DNA of 64,000 nucleotides from an uncultured bacterium. GTDB taxonomy: Bacteria; Planctomycetota; UBA8742; UBA2392. The translations under genes were made by a program, and so were the position numbers. The notes under the pieces are model-generated. The model saw only the letters and a program-made list of their open reading frames with translations, had not been told where the DNA came from and did no database searches. Shown here in pieces: positions 48,401 to 59,129 of this stretch. Position 1 is the stretch's first letter. Each line of letters opens with the position of its first letter. The stretch spans positions 121,679 to 185,678 of the forward strand of contig CALLQI010000022.1 in assembly GCA_938014885.1 (NCBI GenBank). Reading direction: 5' to 3'.

Positions 48401-49535
48401 CGGTCTTTCCAGCTGCTGGTGCGGCGGGCGCGCCCTGAATGGTCTCGGCGATCTGCTTGGCGTACACGGGTGCCAGTGCCACGCCCATGCCGCCAAAGCC
48501 CGCTGCCAACTCTGTTGACGTGTCAATAGACTGTCGCGGGCTGCCACCCAGGTGACTGCCGCCTCGAAACCCCATGATCCCGGCCCAGTGGTAGTCCACC
48601 GTAAACTGGTCGTGCCCCAAGATTGCGGCCGCCAGCGACTTCAGGTGGGCCAGTACGTTCTGTGTGGTCGCGATTTCGTCGGTCTGCTCCTGCGTGCGAA
48701 ACAGATTGCGTCCTCCGCCCAGCAGCAGCCTTCCGTCCACGAAGCGGAAGTAGTCGTACCCCGCATTGAGGTATCCAAGCGTGCGGTCCGTGGCGGTATT
48801 CACCGGCGAGGTCACGATCACCTGCCCGCGCCCCGGCACCACGTCGCACTCGGCCAGCTTCGCCGCAAACGCGTTCACGCACACAAACGCGCGGCCGTAA
48901 CGCACCACGTGTTCGCCCCGACTGTCGCGAGTGCGGCACTCGCCGCCGCTCACGGACTCGACTTGCACGCCAAACCGGAAGTCAGCGCGGGATGCCTGCT
49001 GCAACATCCGCAGCAGCTTGACCGGGTGAACGCCCGCGTCGGCGCGGTTGAAGCTGGCTGCCCGACGACGGCCGCCCAGGTTGACCTCGCGTTCAACGTA
49101 AAGCGCCTCGCCCGCGTGGGCGTTGAGCGCTTGCATCAACGCACGCCCGGCGTCGGTGAGTTCGTCGTGATCGACCGAGCCGCAGGGGTCAACCTCAAGC
49201 AGCGGAAACTCGGCGCGGGCAATGGCGATTCCGCGCCGGCGCTGCTCGAACACTTCGAGCACTCGGGGCAGGCCGTGCTCGGCCGCGTCGGCCAGCATCT
49301 CGCTGACCTGGCCGCAGGTCAGGAAACCCGCGTTGCGGCTGCTGGCGCCGTAGCTGAACTGGTCGCGCTCAAGAACCAGCACCCTGAGTTGCGGCTGCAA
49401 CTTGCCCAGGAAGTACGCCAGCCAGCGCCCCATGAAGCCGGCGCCGACGATCAGCACGTCAACCCGCTCGGGCAGCGGCTCGGCGGGCATCGCGGGCGGT
49501 AGATTTCCGACTTCCCAGTAGCTGGGTTGGCGCAT
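48384..49535 (-). CDS. FAD-dependent oxidoreductase (DAO/glycine-oxidase-like)
   Basis: N-terminal dinucleotide-binding motif VDVLIVGAGFMGRWLAYFL; start placed at MRQPSYWEV; 3' end overlaps the convergent propeller gene by 17 bp. Confidence 0.75.
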   Translation of the reverse strand: MRQPSYWEVGNLPPAMPAEPLPERVDVLIVGAGFMGRWLAYFLGKLQPQLRVLVLERDQFSYGASSRNAGFLTCGQVSEMLADAAEHGLPRVLEVFEQRRRGIAIARAEFPLLEVDPCGSVDHDELTDAGRALMQALNAHAGEALYVEREVNLGGRRRAASFNRADAGVHPVKLLRMLQQASRADFRFGVQVESVSGGECRTRDSRGEHVVRYGRAFVCVNAFAAKLAECDVVPGRGQVIVTSPVNTATDRTLGYLNAGYDYFRFVDGRLLLGGGRNLFRTQEQTDEIATTQNVLAHLKSLAAAILGHDQFTVDYHWAGIMGFRGGSHLGGSPRQSIDTSTELAAGFGGMGVALAPVYAKQIAETIQGAPAAPAAGKTVSPAR

Positions 49536-49608
49536 GGACAAAGCTTGCCCGAAGTGCCCGCGACATTCCAGTTCTGGCATCTGCCGCGCTGGGCTGTACA
49601 TTCTAGGC

Positions 49609-50532
<924 letters not shown>

Positions 50533-50540
50533 CGCAGCTG

Positions 50541-51167
50541 CTATCGAAGCGGCTGGTACTCGGGCGCTTTCTCGGCTTCTTCGGGTTTGAACGGCTTGGT
50601 ATCGCGCAGCTGCTCAGCACGGGCGACCACCAGTCTCTTCCAGGCCTTGGACAGCAACTCCACTGCTTCGGCCGGGTGGCCGCCGTTCATGTGCACATTC
50701 CAGAGTTCATCGCCAACGCGCAGGCTCAGCTTCCATTCGCGAGTACCGTTGCCGCTGTAGGATTCGCGCAGTCGCAGCGCGCCGCTATCGATTACCGCCC
50801 GGCGCATTTCGTCCTGGTCGGTGTCATCTAGCTTGAACTCGAGCTTGCGCGTGACGGCCCGCATGATTGCGCCGTCCTGCCAGTACTCGGTAATCACAAA
50901 GTAGCCGCTGCCATCGGGCTTCAAGTGCATCACACGCAACGGCAGGCCATTGAGCAGTTCGATCCACTTGAACTCGAGCGGGTCTTGCCCCTGCAGCACC
51001 AGCTGATGGTTCGCGCTGCCCTCAGCGAAAAAGTTGTCGTCTTCGGCGGCTTTGGGTGTGTCGCCGTCCAGTTCAGCAGTCCACCAGCCCGGCGCGCGTT
51101 CCGGCGGACCGGACGCACAACCTGCAAGCAGCAGCAAGCACAGGCACAAGGCGCAATGGATTTTCAT
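50541..51167 (-). CDS. lipoprotein, unknown function
   Basis: Signal peptide plus lipobox LLAGCASG. Confidence 0.5.
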   Translation of the reverse strand: MKIHCALCLCLLLLAGCASGPPERAPGWWTAELDGDTPKAAEDDNFFAEGSANHQLVLQGQDPLEFKWIELLNGLPLRVMHLKPDGSGYFVITEYWQDGAIMRAVTRKLEFKLDDTDQDEMRRAVIDSGALRLRESYSGNGTREWKLSLRVGDELWNVHMNGGHPAEAVELLSKAWKRLVVARAEQLRDTKPFKPEEAEKAPEYQPLR

Positions 51168-51258
51168 GGTTTCCCCCGTGACGGGATCATACGCCCTCGA
51201 TACCTCGAAAGGCAGTCACTTTTGTCGGCGCGCGGCCGCTGCATACTGCGTGCGCATG

Positions 51259-52356
51259 GACGCCGAACAAGCCTACCTGTTTCGCCACGCGCTGCTGCGG
51301 CAGGCCGCGTACCAGTTGCAGACACCGCTGCAGCGCGCGCAGGTGCACCGCTTGGCGCTTGAGATCCTGGAACAGTTGCCAGGCCTGAACCTGCGGGCCA
51401 TGGCCAACGAACTGGCCGAACACGCCGAGGCCGCTTTGCCCGAACTGCCCGAGGTCGAGCGCGCGGGGCTGCAACAGCGTCTGGTGCACCACCTTGAGGT
51501 CTGGGCCGACCACGCGCGCTTCAACTACCAGTACGAAGCCAGTCGCACGGCGCTGGAGAAACTGCTGCCGCTGCTGGGCCGGGACCGGTCGCGTACGATC
51601 CGGGCCATCGACATCATGGCCGATGTCATGCAACGCAGCGGCCGCCACGCTGAGGCCATGCACTGGTTTGCGCGCTTGCACGATGCTGCGGCATCCTCAG
51701 GCCCTGAGGCCGGCTACAAGGGCCGCGCGCTGGTGCACCTGGCCTGGGATTCGCATGAGCGTGGCCAACTTGAGGCGGCAGATGCGTACGCGCGCGAAGG
51801 CGAGGACCTGCACGCCGCACAGCCTGACCCGCGCCTGGCAATCGCGTTTACACTTTTCAGAGCCAAAGAGCGCGCCGGCCTTGGCGACCACGACGGCGCG
51901 ATCGCTTTGCAGGAGAAAGCACTTCAACTCGCGCGCGAAACAAACGACCTGCTGCAGACCATTGTCGCGCACATGAACCTGGCTGAGGCATTGATGCTCG
52001 CCGGTCGTCTTGAGGCCGCGGCAGAACAGCTTGACAGCGCGCAATCGCTGGCACAGCCGGCGCGGCTGGCCTACTGGCTTGCACAGGTCAGGCTGGCGCG
52101 CGCGGAGGTGTGCCGCCGCGAAGGCAAGCATTCCGAGGCTTCCGCTGAGTTGTCCCAGGTGTCCACGTTCGCGCGCCAGACGGGCTCAATCGGCTTGCTT
52201 GCGCTGAGCCTTTGCCGGCAGGGGCAAGCGGCACTGGACATTGGCGATCATGCGCAGGCGCGGCGCTGCGCCTTGGAGGCGCACGAGATGGCGGCAGAGC
52301 ACGGAGACGCCTACGGTCTGCGCGAGTCCGAGCGGTTGCTGGAGGAGTGCCGTTAA
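51259..52356 (+). CDS. TPR-repeat protein
   Basis: Start placed at MDAEQAYLFRHALLRQAAY because the upstream ORF extension overlaps the opposite-strand lipoprotein gene; multiple TPR-like repeats. Confidence 0.55.
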   Translation, partial: DAEQAYLFRHALLRQAAYQLQTPLQRAQVHRLALEILEQLPGLNLRAMANELAEHAEAALPELPEVERAGLQQRLVHHLEVWADHARFNYQYEASRTALEKLLPLLGRDRSRTIRAIDIMADVMQRSGRHAEAMHWFARLHDAAASSGPEAGYKGRALVHLAWDSHERGQLEAADAYAREGEDLHAAQPDPRLAIAFTLFRAKERAGLGDHDGAIALQEKALQLARETNDLLQTIVAHMNLAEALMLAGRLEAAAEQLDSAQSLAQPARLAYWLAQVRLARAEVCRREGKHSEASAELSQVSTFARQTGSIGLLALSLCRQGQAALDIGDHAQARRCALEAHEMAAEHGDAYGLRESERLLEECR

Positions 52357-52404
52357 ACGTAAGGGCCCGCGCCGTGGCGCGGGCCCTCGGCAGCTTGCCC
52401 TAAC

Positions 52405-53439
52405 TTAGACCCAGCGGCCGGACCAGCTGAATCCGAGAGTAAGCGTGAAGCGGAAGTCGTGGTGCTTGAATCCCGGGGGCGGCAGGTTGTCCCATGCGTG
52501 TTCAATCAAAATGCCGGCAGTGAAGTACTCCATGAACTTGTACTCCGCCAGCAGCGAGCTGTTGGAGGTCAGGTTCTTGGTTTCGTCGAAGTCGAACAGC
52601 AGTTCCGACTTGAAGTTCACATGCAGTGCATCGCTAAGCGTGACCCAGTCAAACTCGGTGCGCAGGCGGGCGCCGAAGTAACCGCGGTCTTCCGCCCCGA
52701 ACATCTGGTCTTCATACGTGTAAGTCGCATGGGCCGCGACATGCCACGACATCTTGGGTTCGCGGATGATGTAGTAGCCGGGGCCGATGCCGGTGATGCT
52801 GCGATAGTGGTAGCCCGCGAACTCGTTGAAGTAGAAGTCCTGGGTCAGGTCGATCGTCAGGTTGAAGTCGAAGATGTAGCGGTACAGGTATCCCACATGG
52901 TGCTGGCGGACGCGAACCTGGTCTTCCAGCAGCAGGCGGTCCTGGAAATAGGTGCCGCGCGCAAACAGCGTCTGGTAGTTGTGCTTGGTGGTGCGCTTGA
53001 TGTCGAAGCGATATCCCAGCGTGTAGGTCTTGGTGTTGCCATCGGTCCACGAGAACGAGCCCAGGCCCGACAGTTCCCACAGAGCGCGTTCGTCCGGCAG
53101 CGTTTCGTCTACACCCACGAGGCCGGCAAAGTCGGCCTCGCGCTCGCCCAGTTCGTCGGTGATCAGGAGCTTGCCATCGCGGGTGGCGAGTTTGACGTTC
53201 TTCTGGTCTTTGATGTCGCCGGTGGTGCGGATGCGCGCATCGCGGGCGGCGTCGAGGGTCAGGCTGGCGACCTTGGCCGCGGGCACCTTCAACGCGCCTG
53301 CTGACAGGCTGGTGAAGTGGACTTCGCCGTTCTCAAGTTTGTCAAACTTGCCGATGAAGGTGTCGCCATCGGTAGTGACCAGCGTGTCCGCGATCAACGG
53401 CGCGGCAAACACGAACAACAGCAGCAGCAGGATTCGCAT
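52405..53439 (-). CDS. outer-membrane beta-barrel protein (DUF481-like)
   Basis: Signal peptide; alternating hydrophobic beta-strand pattern with aromatic girdle; ends GFSWSGRWV. Confidence 0.55.
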   Translation of the reverse strand: MRILLLLLFVFAAPLIADTLVTTDGDTFIGKFDKLENGEVHFTSLSAGALKVPAAKVASLTLDAARDARIRTTGDIKDQKNVKLATRDGKLLITDELGEREADFAGLVGVDETLPDERALWELSGLGSFSWTDGNTKTYTLGYRFDIKRTTKHNYQTLFARGTYFQDRLLLEDQVRVRQHHVGYLYRYIFDFNLTIDLTQDFYFNEFAGYHYRSITGIGPGYYIIREPKMSWHVAAHATYTYEDQMFGAEDRGYFGARLRTEFDWVTLSDALHVNFKSELLFDFDETKNLTSNSSLLAEYKFMEYFTAGILIEHAWDNLPPPGFKHHDFRFTLTLGFSWSGRWV

Positions 53440-53538
53440 TCTGTTGGTTTCCTAGGAAAGTGAGCCCCCGACCGCGCGGCACGTTACGCAGCAATCGAGA
53501 CGGCGCAACAAGGCGCGTGGGGATGATTCAGCCGTGAT

Positions 53539-54069
53539 CTATTCGCCGTTGGCAGGTGGCTGCGGCGCGTTACCCGGCGCAGGCGTGTTGCCCGGCGGCG
53601 GATTGTTCTGCGCGTTCTGGGCTGCCGCATACTCGGCCTTGGCTTTGTTGGTTTCGGCGGCGCTGAAGCGCCATGTGCCGTCGGTGTGCTTGACGATCAC
53701 CAACGGTACCCGTACGGGGTCCTTCTCGACACCGTTCTCAGAGATAACCCAGGTGACCCACGTAACTGTGGTGTTGTCGTCGATGAGCTGACCATTTTTG
53801 TCCAGCGTAACTCTCGTGGTGATCTTGCGTGCCTTGGATGCGCGCACGTTGTCACGAAAGCGCAACAGCTCAGTGTCCTTCTCAGTGGGCAAGAACAGCT
53901 GGGCGGCGACTTCGTCGTCGTGGTTCTCGACCGCGTACTTCCATGCGTCGGCAGTTCCTGCGGGTGAAGACAGGTCCACGGTGTAGGGCGGCTTTTCTTG
54001 CTCGTTACCGCCGCCGCAGCCGGCCAGCAGCAGTGCCAAAGCGAAAGCAAGAAGGGCAACTCGTGACAT
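53539..54069 (-). CDS. lipoprotein, unknown function
   Basis: Signal peptide plus lipobox LLAGCGGG; C-terminal Pro/Asn-rich low-complexity tail. Confidence 0.5.
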   Translation of the reverse strand: MSRVALLAFALALLLAGCGGGNEQEKPPYTVDLSSPAGTADAWKYAVENHDDEVAAQLFLPTEKDTELLRFRDNVRASKARKITTRVTLDKNGQLIDDNTTVTWVTWVISENGVEKDPVRVPLVIVKHTDGTWRFSAAETNKAKAEYAAAQNAQNNPPPGNTPAPGNAPQPPANGE

Positions 54070-54121
54070 GAGGGCTCCGTGTGGTCTGGACCGGAAAGCC
54101 CGAGTTACCGGGCTTTCCGGA

Positions 54122-54198
<77 letters not shown>

Positions 54199-54261
54199 AT
54201 TGAGCCGCGAAGCTAACGCCCACAGGTTGCAGCGTCAAGGTAAGGAGCAGCAGGGCACCGC

Positions 54262-54714
54262 TCATCCAGCATCGGCAGACTCAGCTGCCCACGCCAGCGC
54301 CTGCGCTTCATCCCAGAACGTGCGAAACTGGATCACCTTGCCCTCGCGAAACTCGAACACGTCTGCAACGTGCCCTTCGCGCCATTCGGGCTCAGCCTTC
54401 AGCCTGACGCGCACGTGAACTGACACCAAGATCCTGTCGCCGAAGAACCTGAACTGTTGCGGCTCGCAGCCTCCCTCAGCCCAGTTCCCACGATGGTGGG
54501 CGACATGTGCCTTCACAGCTTCGATCCCGCGAAAAGTGCCATCATCGGGGACTTCGGCGGGCTCGATGCGCAACACCTGTGGATCAAAGTCTTTGACAAA
54601 CCCGCTGACATCGCCGTGATTCAGGGCGGAATAGGCTTGCCGCAACACAGCAATCTCCGCGGCACGCGACGACAACTGCTGGTCCATACTTTCCCCGTGC
54701 GAGTTCGTGCTCAT
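54262..54714 (-). CDS. SnoaL-like / NTF2-like (ketosteroid-isomerase fold) protein
   Basis: About 150 aa; pattern [11 protein letters not shown]...FDP.V..IE.....P..G.F.G.EAV.....H..G typical of the SnoaL_2 family; ATGA overlap with mtnA. Confidence 0.6.
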   Translation of the reverse strand: MSTNSHGESMDQQLSSRAAEIAVLRQAYSALNHGDVSGFVKDFDPQVLRIEPAEVPDDGTFRGIEAVKAHVAHHRGNWAEGGCEPQQFRFFGDRILVSVHVRVRLKAEPEWREGHVADVFEFREGKVIQFRTFWDEAQALAWAAESADAG

Positions 54715-55709
54715 GCGCTTTGCGCCAGCCAGCTTGCAAGCTGCGGCTGGGAGAATACTCCGTCTTCCGTAATCCAGCCTGCAATCAAGTGGTGCGGCGT
54801 CACGTCAAACGCGGGGTTAAACACGCGCGCGGCATCAGGCACGGTCTGCGTGCCGCCGGGGCGGCGCACTTCGGCGCCGTCGCGTTCTTCAATCGGGATC
54901 GCGCTGCCGTCGGCCAGTGCTGCATCAAATGTGCTGCGTGGTGCCGCGATGTAAAACGGAATGCCGTGTGCCTTGGCCGCGAGCGCGACACCATAAGTGC
55001 CGATCTTGTTGGCGCTGTCGCCATTGGCGGCGACGCGGTCGGCACCGGTGATCACCAGTTGCACTCTGCCCAGCTTCATCACCCAGGCCGCCATGTTGTC
55101 GGTGATCACTGTGACATCCAGCCCGTTGCCAGCGGCCTCAAAGGCAGTAAGGCGCGCGCCCTGCAGCAGCGGCCTGGTCTCATCCGCATACAGCTTGAAA
55201 CGCCGACCCTGTTCATGGGCCACATACAAAGGGGCCAGGGCCGTGCCCATGCCTGCCGTGGCCAATGCGCCTGCGTTGCAGTGGGTCAGCACACCCATGC
55301 CGTCTTTCACCAGTGAAGCCCCGTGCTGGCCGATGCGGCGGCACGAGTCCTGATCTTCCGCATGGATGCGCCGGGCCTCCGCCAATGCGGCCTCTGGCCT
55401 GCCCCCTGCGGCCTTGGCCGTGCGCTCAACGGCCCAGCGCAGGTTGACGGCCGTGGGTCGCGCGTCGGCCAGCGCCGCGATGCCTTGCTCGCCCAAGCCC
55501 TGCCGCAGCGCGATCACGACGCCGTAGGCCCCGGCCACACCGATAGCGGGCGCGCCGCGCACGCAAAGGCGGCGAATTGCATCAATGACCTGGGGCAACG
55601 TGGACAGGCGCATCAACTCAAGCCGCAGCGGCAGCAGAGTCTGGTCGATCAGCACAAGCTCGCCGTCGGTCGCGGAGCCTTGCCAATCCACGGTGGGAGG
55701 CATTGCCAT
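54711..55709 (-). CDS. mtnA: S-methyl-5-thioribose-1-phosphate isomerase (eIF-2B alpha/beta/delta family)
   Basis: LVLIDQT.LP..LEL..L....QVIDAIRRL.VRGAPAIGVAGAYGV and downstream GADRV..NGD..NKIGT blocks. Confidence 0.85.
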   Translation of the reverse strand: MAMPPTVDWQGSATDGELVLIDQTLLPLRLELMRLSTLPQVIDAIRRLCVRGAPAIGVAGAYGVVIALRQGLGEQGIAALADARPTAVNLRWAVERTAKAAGGRPEAALAEARRIHAEDQDSCRRIGQHGASLVKDGMGVLTHCNAGALATAGMGTALAPLYVAHEQGRRFKLYADETRPLLQGARLTAFEAAGNGLDVTVITDNMAAWVMKLGRVQLVITGADRVAANGDSANKIGTYGVALAAKAHGIPFYIAAPRSTFDAALADGSAIPIEERDGAEVRRPGGTQTVPDAARVFNPAFDVTPHHLIAGWITEDGVFSQPQLASWLAQSA

Positions 55710-55762
55710 GGTAGTTCCTGTATGAACGCTGGTAGTGCTTACGCCGGGGGGGCACTGATACT

Positions 55763-55792
55763 ATATTGAAGTACTTACATTGAAGTACCTTC
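55763..55792 (+). promoter_or_regulatory. direct-repeat candidate operator/promoter element upstream of the HTH-protein gene
   Basis: ATTGAAGTACTtac ATTGAAGTACCtt: two 11-bp direct repeats 3 bp apart, in the only AT-rich spot, 20 bp upstream of the ATG at 55810. Confidence 0.35.
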
Positions 55793-55809
55793 CTGCTCAG
55801 GACCCCGCC

Positions 55810-56394
55810 ATGGCGAAATCCAACGCCGCACCAGAACCGCAGTCAGACGACGCCCTGCTTGAGCAGGAACTGGCAGCCGATGAGGCCGTCCTCGAAGGCA
55901 TGCTGGACGAAACCCACCGCATCATGAAGCAAGCCGTGGACCGCGCCGGCCCCAAGCGAATTGCCCGCGCCCTCGATGTGAGCCTGAGCCTCGTCTACAA
56001 GTGGACGCAGCAGCCTCGCACCAAGCGCAACCCCACAGCCAGTGGCGCTCGCAACCCGCTGGACAAGCTGGTTACGATTTTTCACCTCAGCCAGGACCTT
56101 GAGACCATCCACTTCCTGTGCCGCGTGGCCCGGGGCTACTACACGCCCAACCCGCTGCTGAAGGGCAAGGCAGGTACCAGCTTCGTCAGCGCCACAGTCA
56201 GCGCGCTGAACGACTTCGCCGACCTGTTGCAGTACGCTGAGAAAGCACTGACCAACGACGGCGAAATTGACGACAGCGAGGCCACCAAACTGCGCCTGCA
56301 CTGGGACAAGTTGAAGGGACGCCTTGAGCACTTCATCGTGGCGTGCGAGGAGGGCCAGTTCAATGCCAACCGCGGCGACAGCGAAGAAGAGTAG
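55810..56394 (+). CDS. hypothetical protein with predicted helix-turn-helix
   Basis: KRIARALDVSLSLVYKWTQ resembles a Cro/CI-type HTH; acidic C-terminus; start at the ATG (MAKSNAAPEPQ). Confidence 0.5.
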   Translation: MAKSNAAPEPQSDDALLEQELAADEAVLEGMLDETHRIMKQAVDRAGPKRIARALDVSLSLVYKWTQQPRTKRNPTASGARNPLDKLVTIFHLSQDLETIHFLCRVARGYYTPNPLLKGKAGTSFVSATVSALNDFADLLQYAEKALTNDGEIDDSEATKLRLHWDKLKGRLEHFIVACEEGQFNANRGDSEEE

Positions 56395-56430
56395 TCGCTC
56401 GCCACATGAACAAGGAGCAGCGCCGCAGCA

Positions 56431-56856
56431 ATGAGTGACCGGCTACCCATCCCCGAGTTCGACGACGAAAACCTGCGCAACCACATCTTGAAGCTGCGCG
56501 GGCTGGTAGCCGAAGAAACCATCGACACCCTCAAGATGGTGCGGCTGGACCACATCGTGAACCCGCGCGGCAAAATGGTCGAGTACGACCAGCAGGCATT
56601 CCGCGCCTGGGTGATCGCCTGGTTGAACGCGCTGGAAACGGTGCTGTGCGCGCACATGGCGCTGCTGACCAAGCAGGTTTTCCGCCAGAACGACGAGCTT
56701 GAGCCGATCGTGGCGCACCCCAAGATGCTGCTGGACCAGGTCGAAGACATCAAGCGCGCCCTCGAGATCATCCTGCAGGCCGAGCCAGAGATGACCCCGC
56801 AGCCCGTAACCGGCGAACATCCGAAGCTCAAAGAGACCGAGTCGGTAGACGGTTGA
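56431..56856 (+). CDS. hypothetical protein
   Basis: 141-aa ORF immediately downstream of the HTH protein on the same strand; no motif recognised. Confidence 0.45.
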   Translation: MSDRLPIPEFDDENLRNHILKLRGLVAEETIDTLKMVRLDHIVNPRGKMVEYDQQAFRAWVIAWLNALETVLCAHMALLTKQVFRQNDELEPIVAHPKMLLDQVEDIKRALEIILQAEPEMTPQPVTGEHPKLKETESVDG

Positions 56857-56914
56857 CCCCGGCCCGCATTTCCAATCCTCGACATCCGCATCCAAGGTGC
56901 TAGATAGCGAGCCT

Positions 56915-57703
56915 ATGGAAACGCTTCCCAAGGCACGTGCCAAGCAACTGCGCGCACTGAAACTTCGCAAGTCGCGCGAAGAACTCGGCCTCTATGTCGC
57001 GGAAGGCCCGCTGCTGCTTGAGGAAGCGCTGAAAGCCGACGTCTTCCCGCGCTATGTGGTCGTTTGCCCCGAGCTGTTCGAAAGCACGCGCGAGAAGATC
57101 GACGCGCTGCTGGCCCGCTGCCGCGCCCACCAGATTGAGGTGTTCGAAACCGACAACGGCGAATTCATGAACGCCAGCGACACCGTCAACAGCCAGGGGC
57201 TGCTGGCAGTGTTTGGCATGCCCGCCTTTGACCTGGGCGCGCTGCTGCAAAAGCCGCGCTTGACGCTGCTGGTGCTCGACAATCTGCGTGACCCCGGCAA
57301 CCTCGGCACGATTCTGCGCCAGGCCGCGGCCTTTGACTGCGACGGGCTGCTGCTGCTGAAGGGGTGCGTCGACGCCTACAACCACAAAGCTGTGCGCGCC
57401 AGCATGGGCGGCGTGTTCCACGTGCCCGTCTTTGCCGACCTTACCCCACAGGAAATCGTCGAGAAGCTGACTGCCACCGGCGTGTGGCCGTACGTCACGG
57501 GCACGAAAGGCACCAACGCATTTGCAGTTAAGTACCCGCCCAAGACAGCCTTCGTGATCGGCGGCGAAAGCGAAGGCGTGCAGCCGTTCTGGAGCGAAAG
57601 CGACGTGATCCAGGTAAGCATCCCGCAAAGCGACAAGGTCGAAAGCCTGAATGCCGCTGTCGCCGCCAGCATCCTGATGGCTTATCGCTACCAAGCGCGC
57701 TGA
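56915..57703 (+). CDS. SpoU/TrmH-family RNA 2'-O-methyltransferase (RlmB-like)
   Basis: LLVLDNLRDPGNLGTILRQAAAFDCDGLLLL, IGGESEGV, ESLNAAVAASIL (SPOUT motifs). Confidence 0.85.
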   Translation: METLPKARAKQLRALKLRKSREELGLYVAEGPLLLEEALKADVFPRYVVVCPELFESTREKIDALLARCRAHQIEVFETDNGEFMNASDTVNSQGLLAVFGMPAFDLGALLQKPRLTLLVLDNLRDPGNLGTILRQAAAFDCDGLLLLKGCVDAYNHKAVRASMGGVFHVPVFADLTPQEIVEKLTATGVWPYVTGTKGTNAFAVKYPPKTAFVIGGESEGVQPFWSESDVIQVSIPQSDKVESLNAAVAASILMAYRYQAR

Positions 57704-57787
57704 TTGGGTGCGGTGTCGGGCGTGCGGCGTGCGGGGTCTTGCGTGCGGCGGCCATCAACTATCGACCATTAACCATCGACCCGCACG

Positions 57788-58063
57788 CTACTCTTCGCCG
57801 ATGTTGAACTTGTTCTTGAACAGTTCGATCAGGCTTTTGACGGCTGCATCCGCGTCGGCCCCGTCGGCCTCAACGCGCAGGCGTGTGCCCTTTTCGGCGG
57901 CGAGCATGATCACGTCGATGATCGATTTGGCGTTGCAGCGTTGTTCGCCCTTGATCAGGTAGATCTCGCTGGCGAACTTTGAGGCTGTCTCGATAACTTT
58001 CATCGCCGGCCGCTGGTGCAGGCCGTACTTGTTCAGCAGCTCAACTTCGGCGATTACGGGCAT
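57788..58063 (-). CDS. ptsH: phosphocarrier protein HPr
   Basis: NKYGLHQRPAMKV (active-site His region) and 91-aa HPr fold pattern. Confidence 0.85.
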   Translation of the reverse strand: MPVIAEVELLNKYGLHQRPAMKVIETASKFASEIYLIKGEQRCNAKSIIDVIMLAAEKGTRLRVEADGADADAAVKSLIELFKNKFNIGEE

Positions 58064-58124
58064 TCGACAGCTTCCGAGGTGCAGCCTATGTAGGGGCTTT
58101 GCGGGCGCAGGTCAAGGTGCCGTG

Positions 58125-59126
58125 TTATCCGGCCTTGCTGCGCTCGCGGGCGATGTCGCGTTGCAGGTTGATGCAGGCCTCAGCCAGGCGCGATGCATTG
58201 TGGCGCAGGACGTGGTCCGCCTTGAGGTAATCACCCACCAGAATGCGCGGGCGCCCGGGCAGGGCTGCCAATCCGTCCATGTCGCAGGCCACCGGCTCAG
58301 AGCCTTCGGCGGCATAGGATGCGGCCAGGCGCTCGGGCACGACGGCGTTATTCACGGCCACAAAGTCCAGCATACCGGGTGCGGTGTGATCAATGATCAC
58401 CGAGGCATGGCGGCTTGCGGTGAATCCGCCCGTCTCACCAGGCTGGGTCATGATGTTGCAGATGTAGCCTACGACCGCTGGCGTGGCGTTCAGCGCCTCG
58501 CCAATCTGGGGTATCAGCAGGCTAGGCAGGACGCTCGTATACAGGCTGCCGGGGCCCAGCAGCACCAGGTCAGCCTGCATGATTGCGTCCACAACGTCGC
58601 GGCCGGCGGGCGCGTCGTGGGGCTTGATGCTGAGGCGCTTGACCGGCTTCTGCACTTTGCCGACGAGTGATTCACCTGTCGTCTTGCTGCCGTCTTCGTG
58701 TTCGGCCACGAGGCTGAGCTTGCTGGTAGTTGCTGGCAGCACCCGGCCGCGCACGGCCAGCACGCGGTTTGCCTCTTTGACGGCCAACTCAAAGTCGCCG
58801 GTTACCTTGGTAAGGGCCGCCAGGAAGATGTTGCCGAAGGGGTGGCCCTTGAGGTCGCCTTCTTCGAAGCGGTACTGGAACAGCTTCTCGAGTACCGGCC
58901 CGCCGTCAGACAATGCGGCCAGGCAGTTGCGTATGTCGCCCGGCGGCAACATGCCGAATTCTTTGCGGAAGCGGCCGCTGCTGCCGCCGTCGTCAGCAAC
59001 GGTGACGACGGCAGTCAGCTTGTCGGTGTGTTCTTTCAGTCCGCGCAGCAGGCCCGACGCGCCGGTGCCGCCGCCGATGGCGACGATGCTGGGCGAGCGC
59101 CGGAACAGTCGCGGAAACAGCGCCAT
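58125..59126 (-). CDS. YvcK/UPF0052-family gluconeogenesis factor (CofD-like)
   Basis: IVAIGGGTGASGLLRGLK..LTAVVTVADDGGSSGR signature. Confidence 0.85.
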   Translation of the reverse strand: MALFPRLFRRSPSIVAIGGGTGASGLLRGLKEHTDKLTAVVTVADDGGSSGRFRKEFGMLPPGDIRNCLAALSDGGPVLEKLFQYRFEEGDLKGHPFGNIFLAALTKVTGDFELAVKEANRVLAVRGRVLPATTSKLSLVAEHEDGSKTTGESLVGKVQKPVKRLSIKPHDAPAGRDVVDAIMQADLVLLGPGSLYTSVLPSLLIPQIGEALNATPAVVGYICNIMTQPGETGGFTASRHASVIIDHTAPGMLDFVAVNNAVVPERLAASYAAEGSEPVACDMDGLAALPGRPRILVGDYLKADHVLRHNASRLAEACINLQRDIARERSKAG

Positions 59127-59129
59127 GGG

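Noticed and set aside
51034-51258. Upstream extension of the TPR-protein ORF (start at 51034).
   Set aside because: The extension overlaps the well-supported opposite-strand lipoprotein gene and encodes Ser/Ala/Pro low-complexity sequence, so the internal Met at 51259 is preferred.
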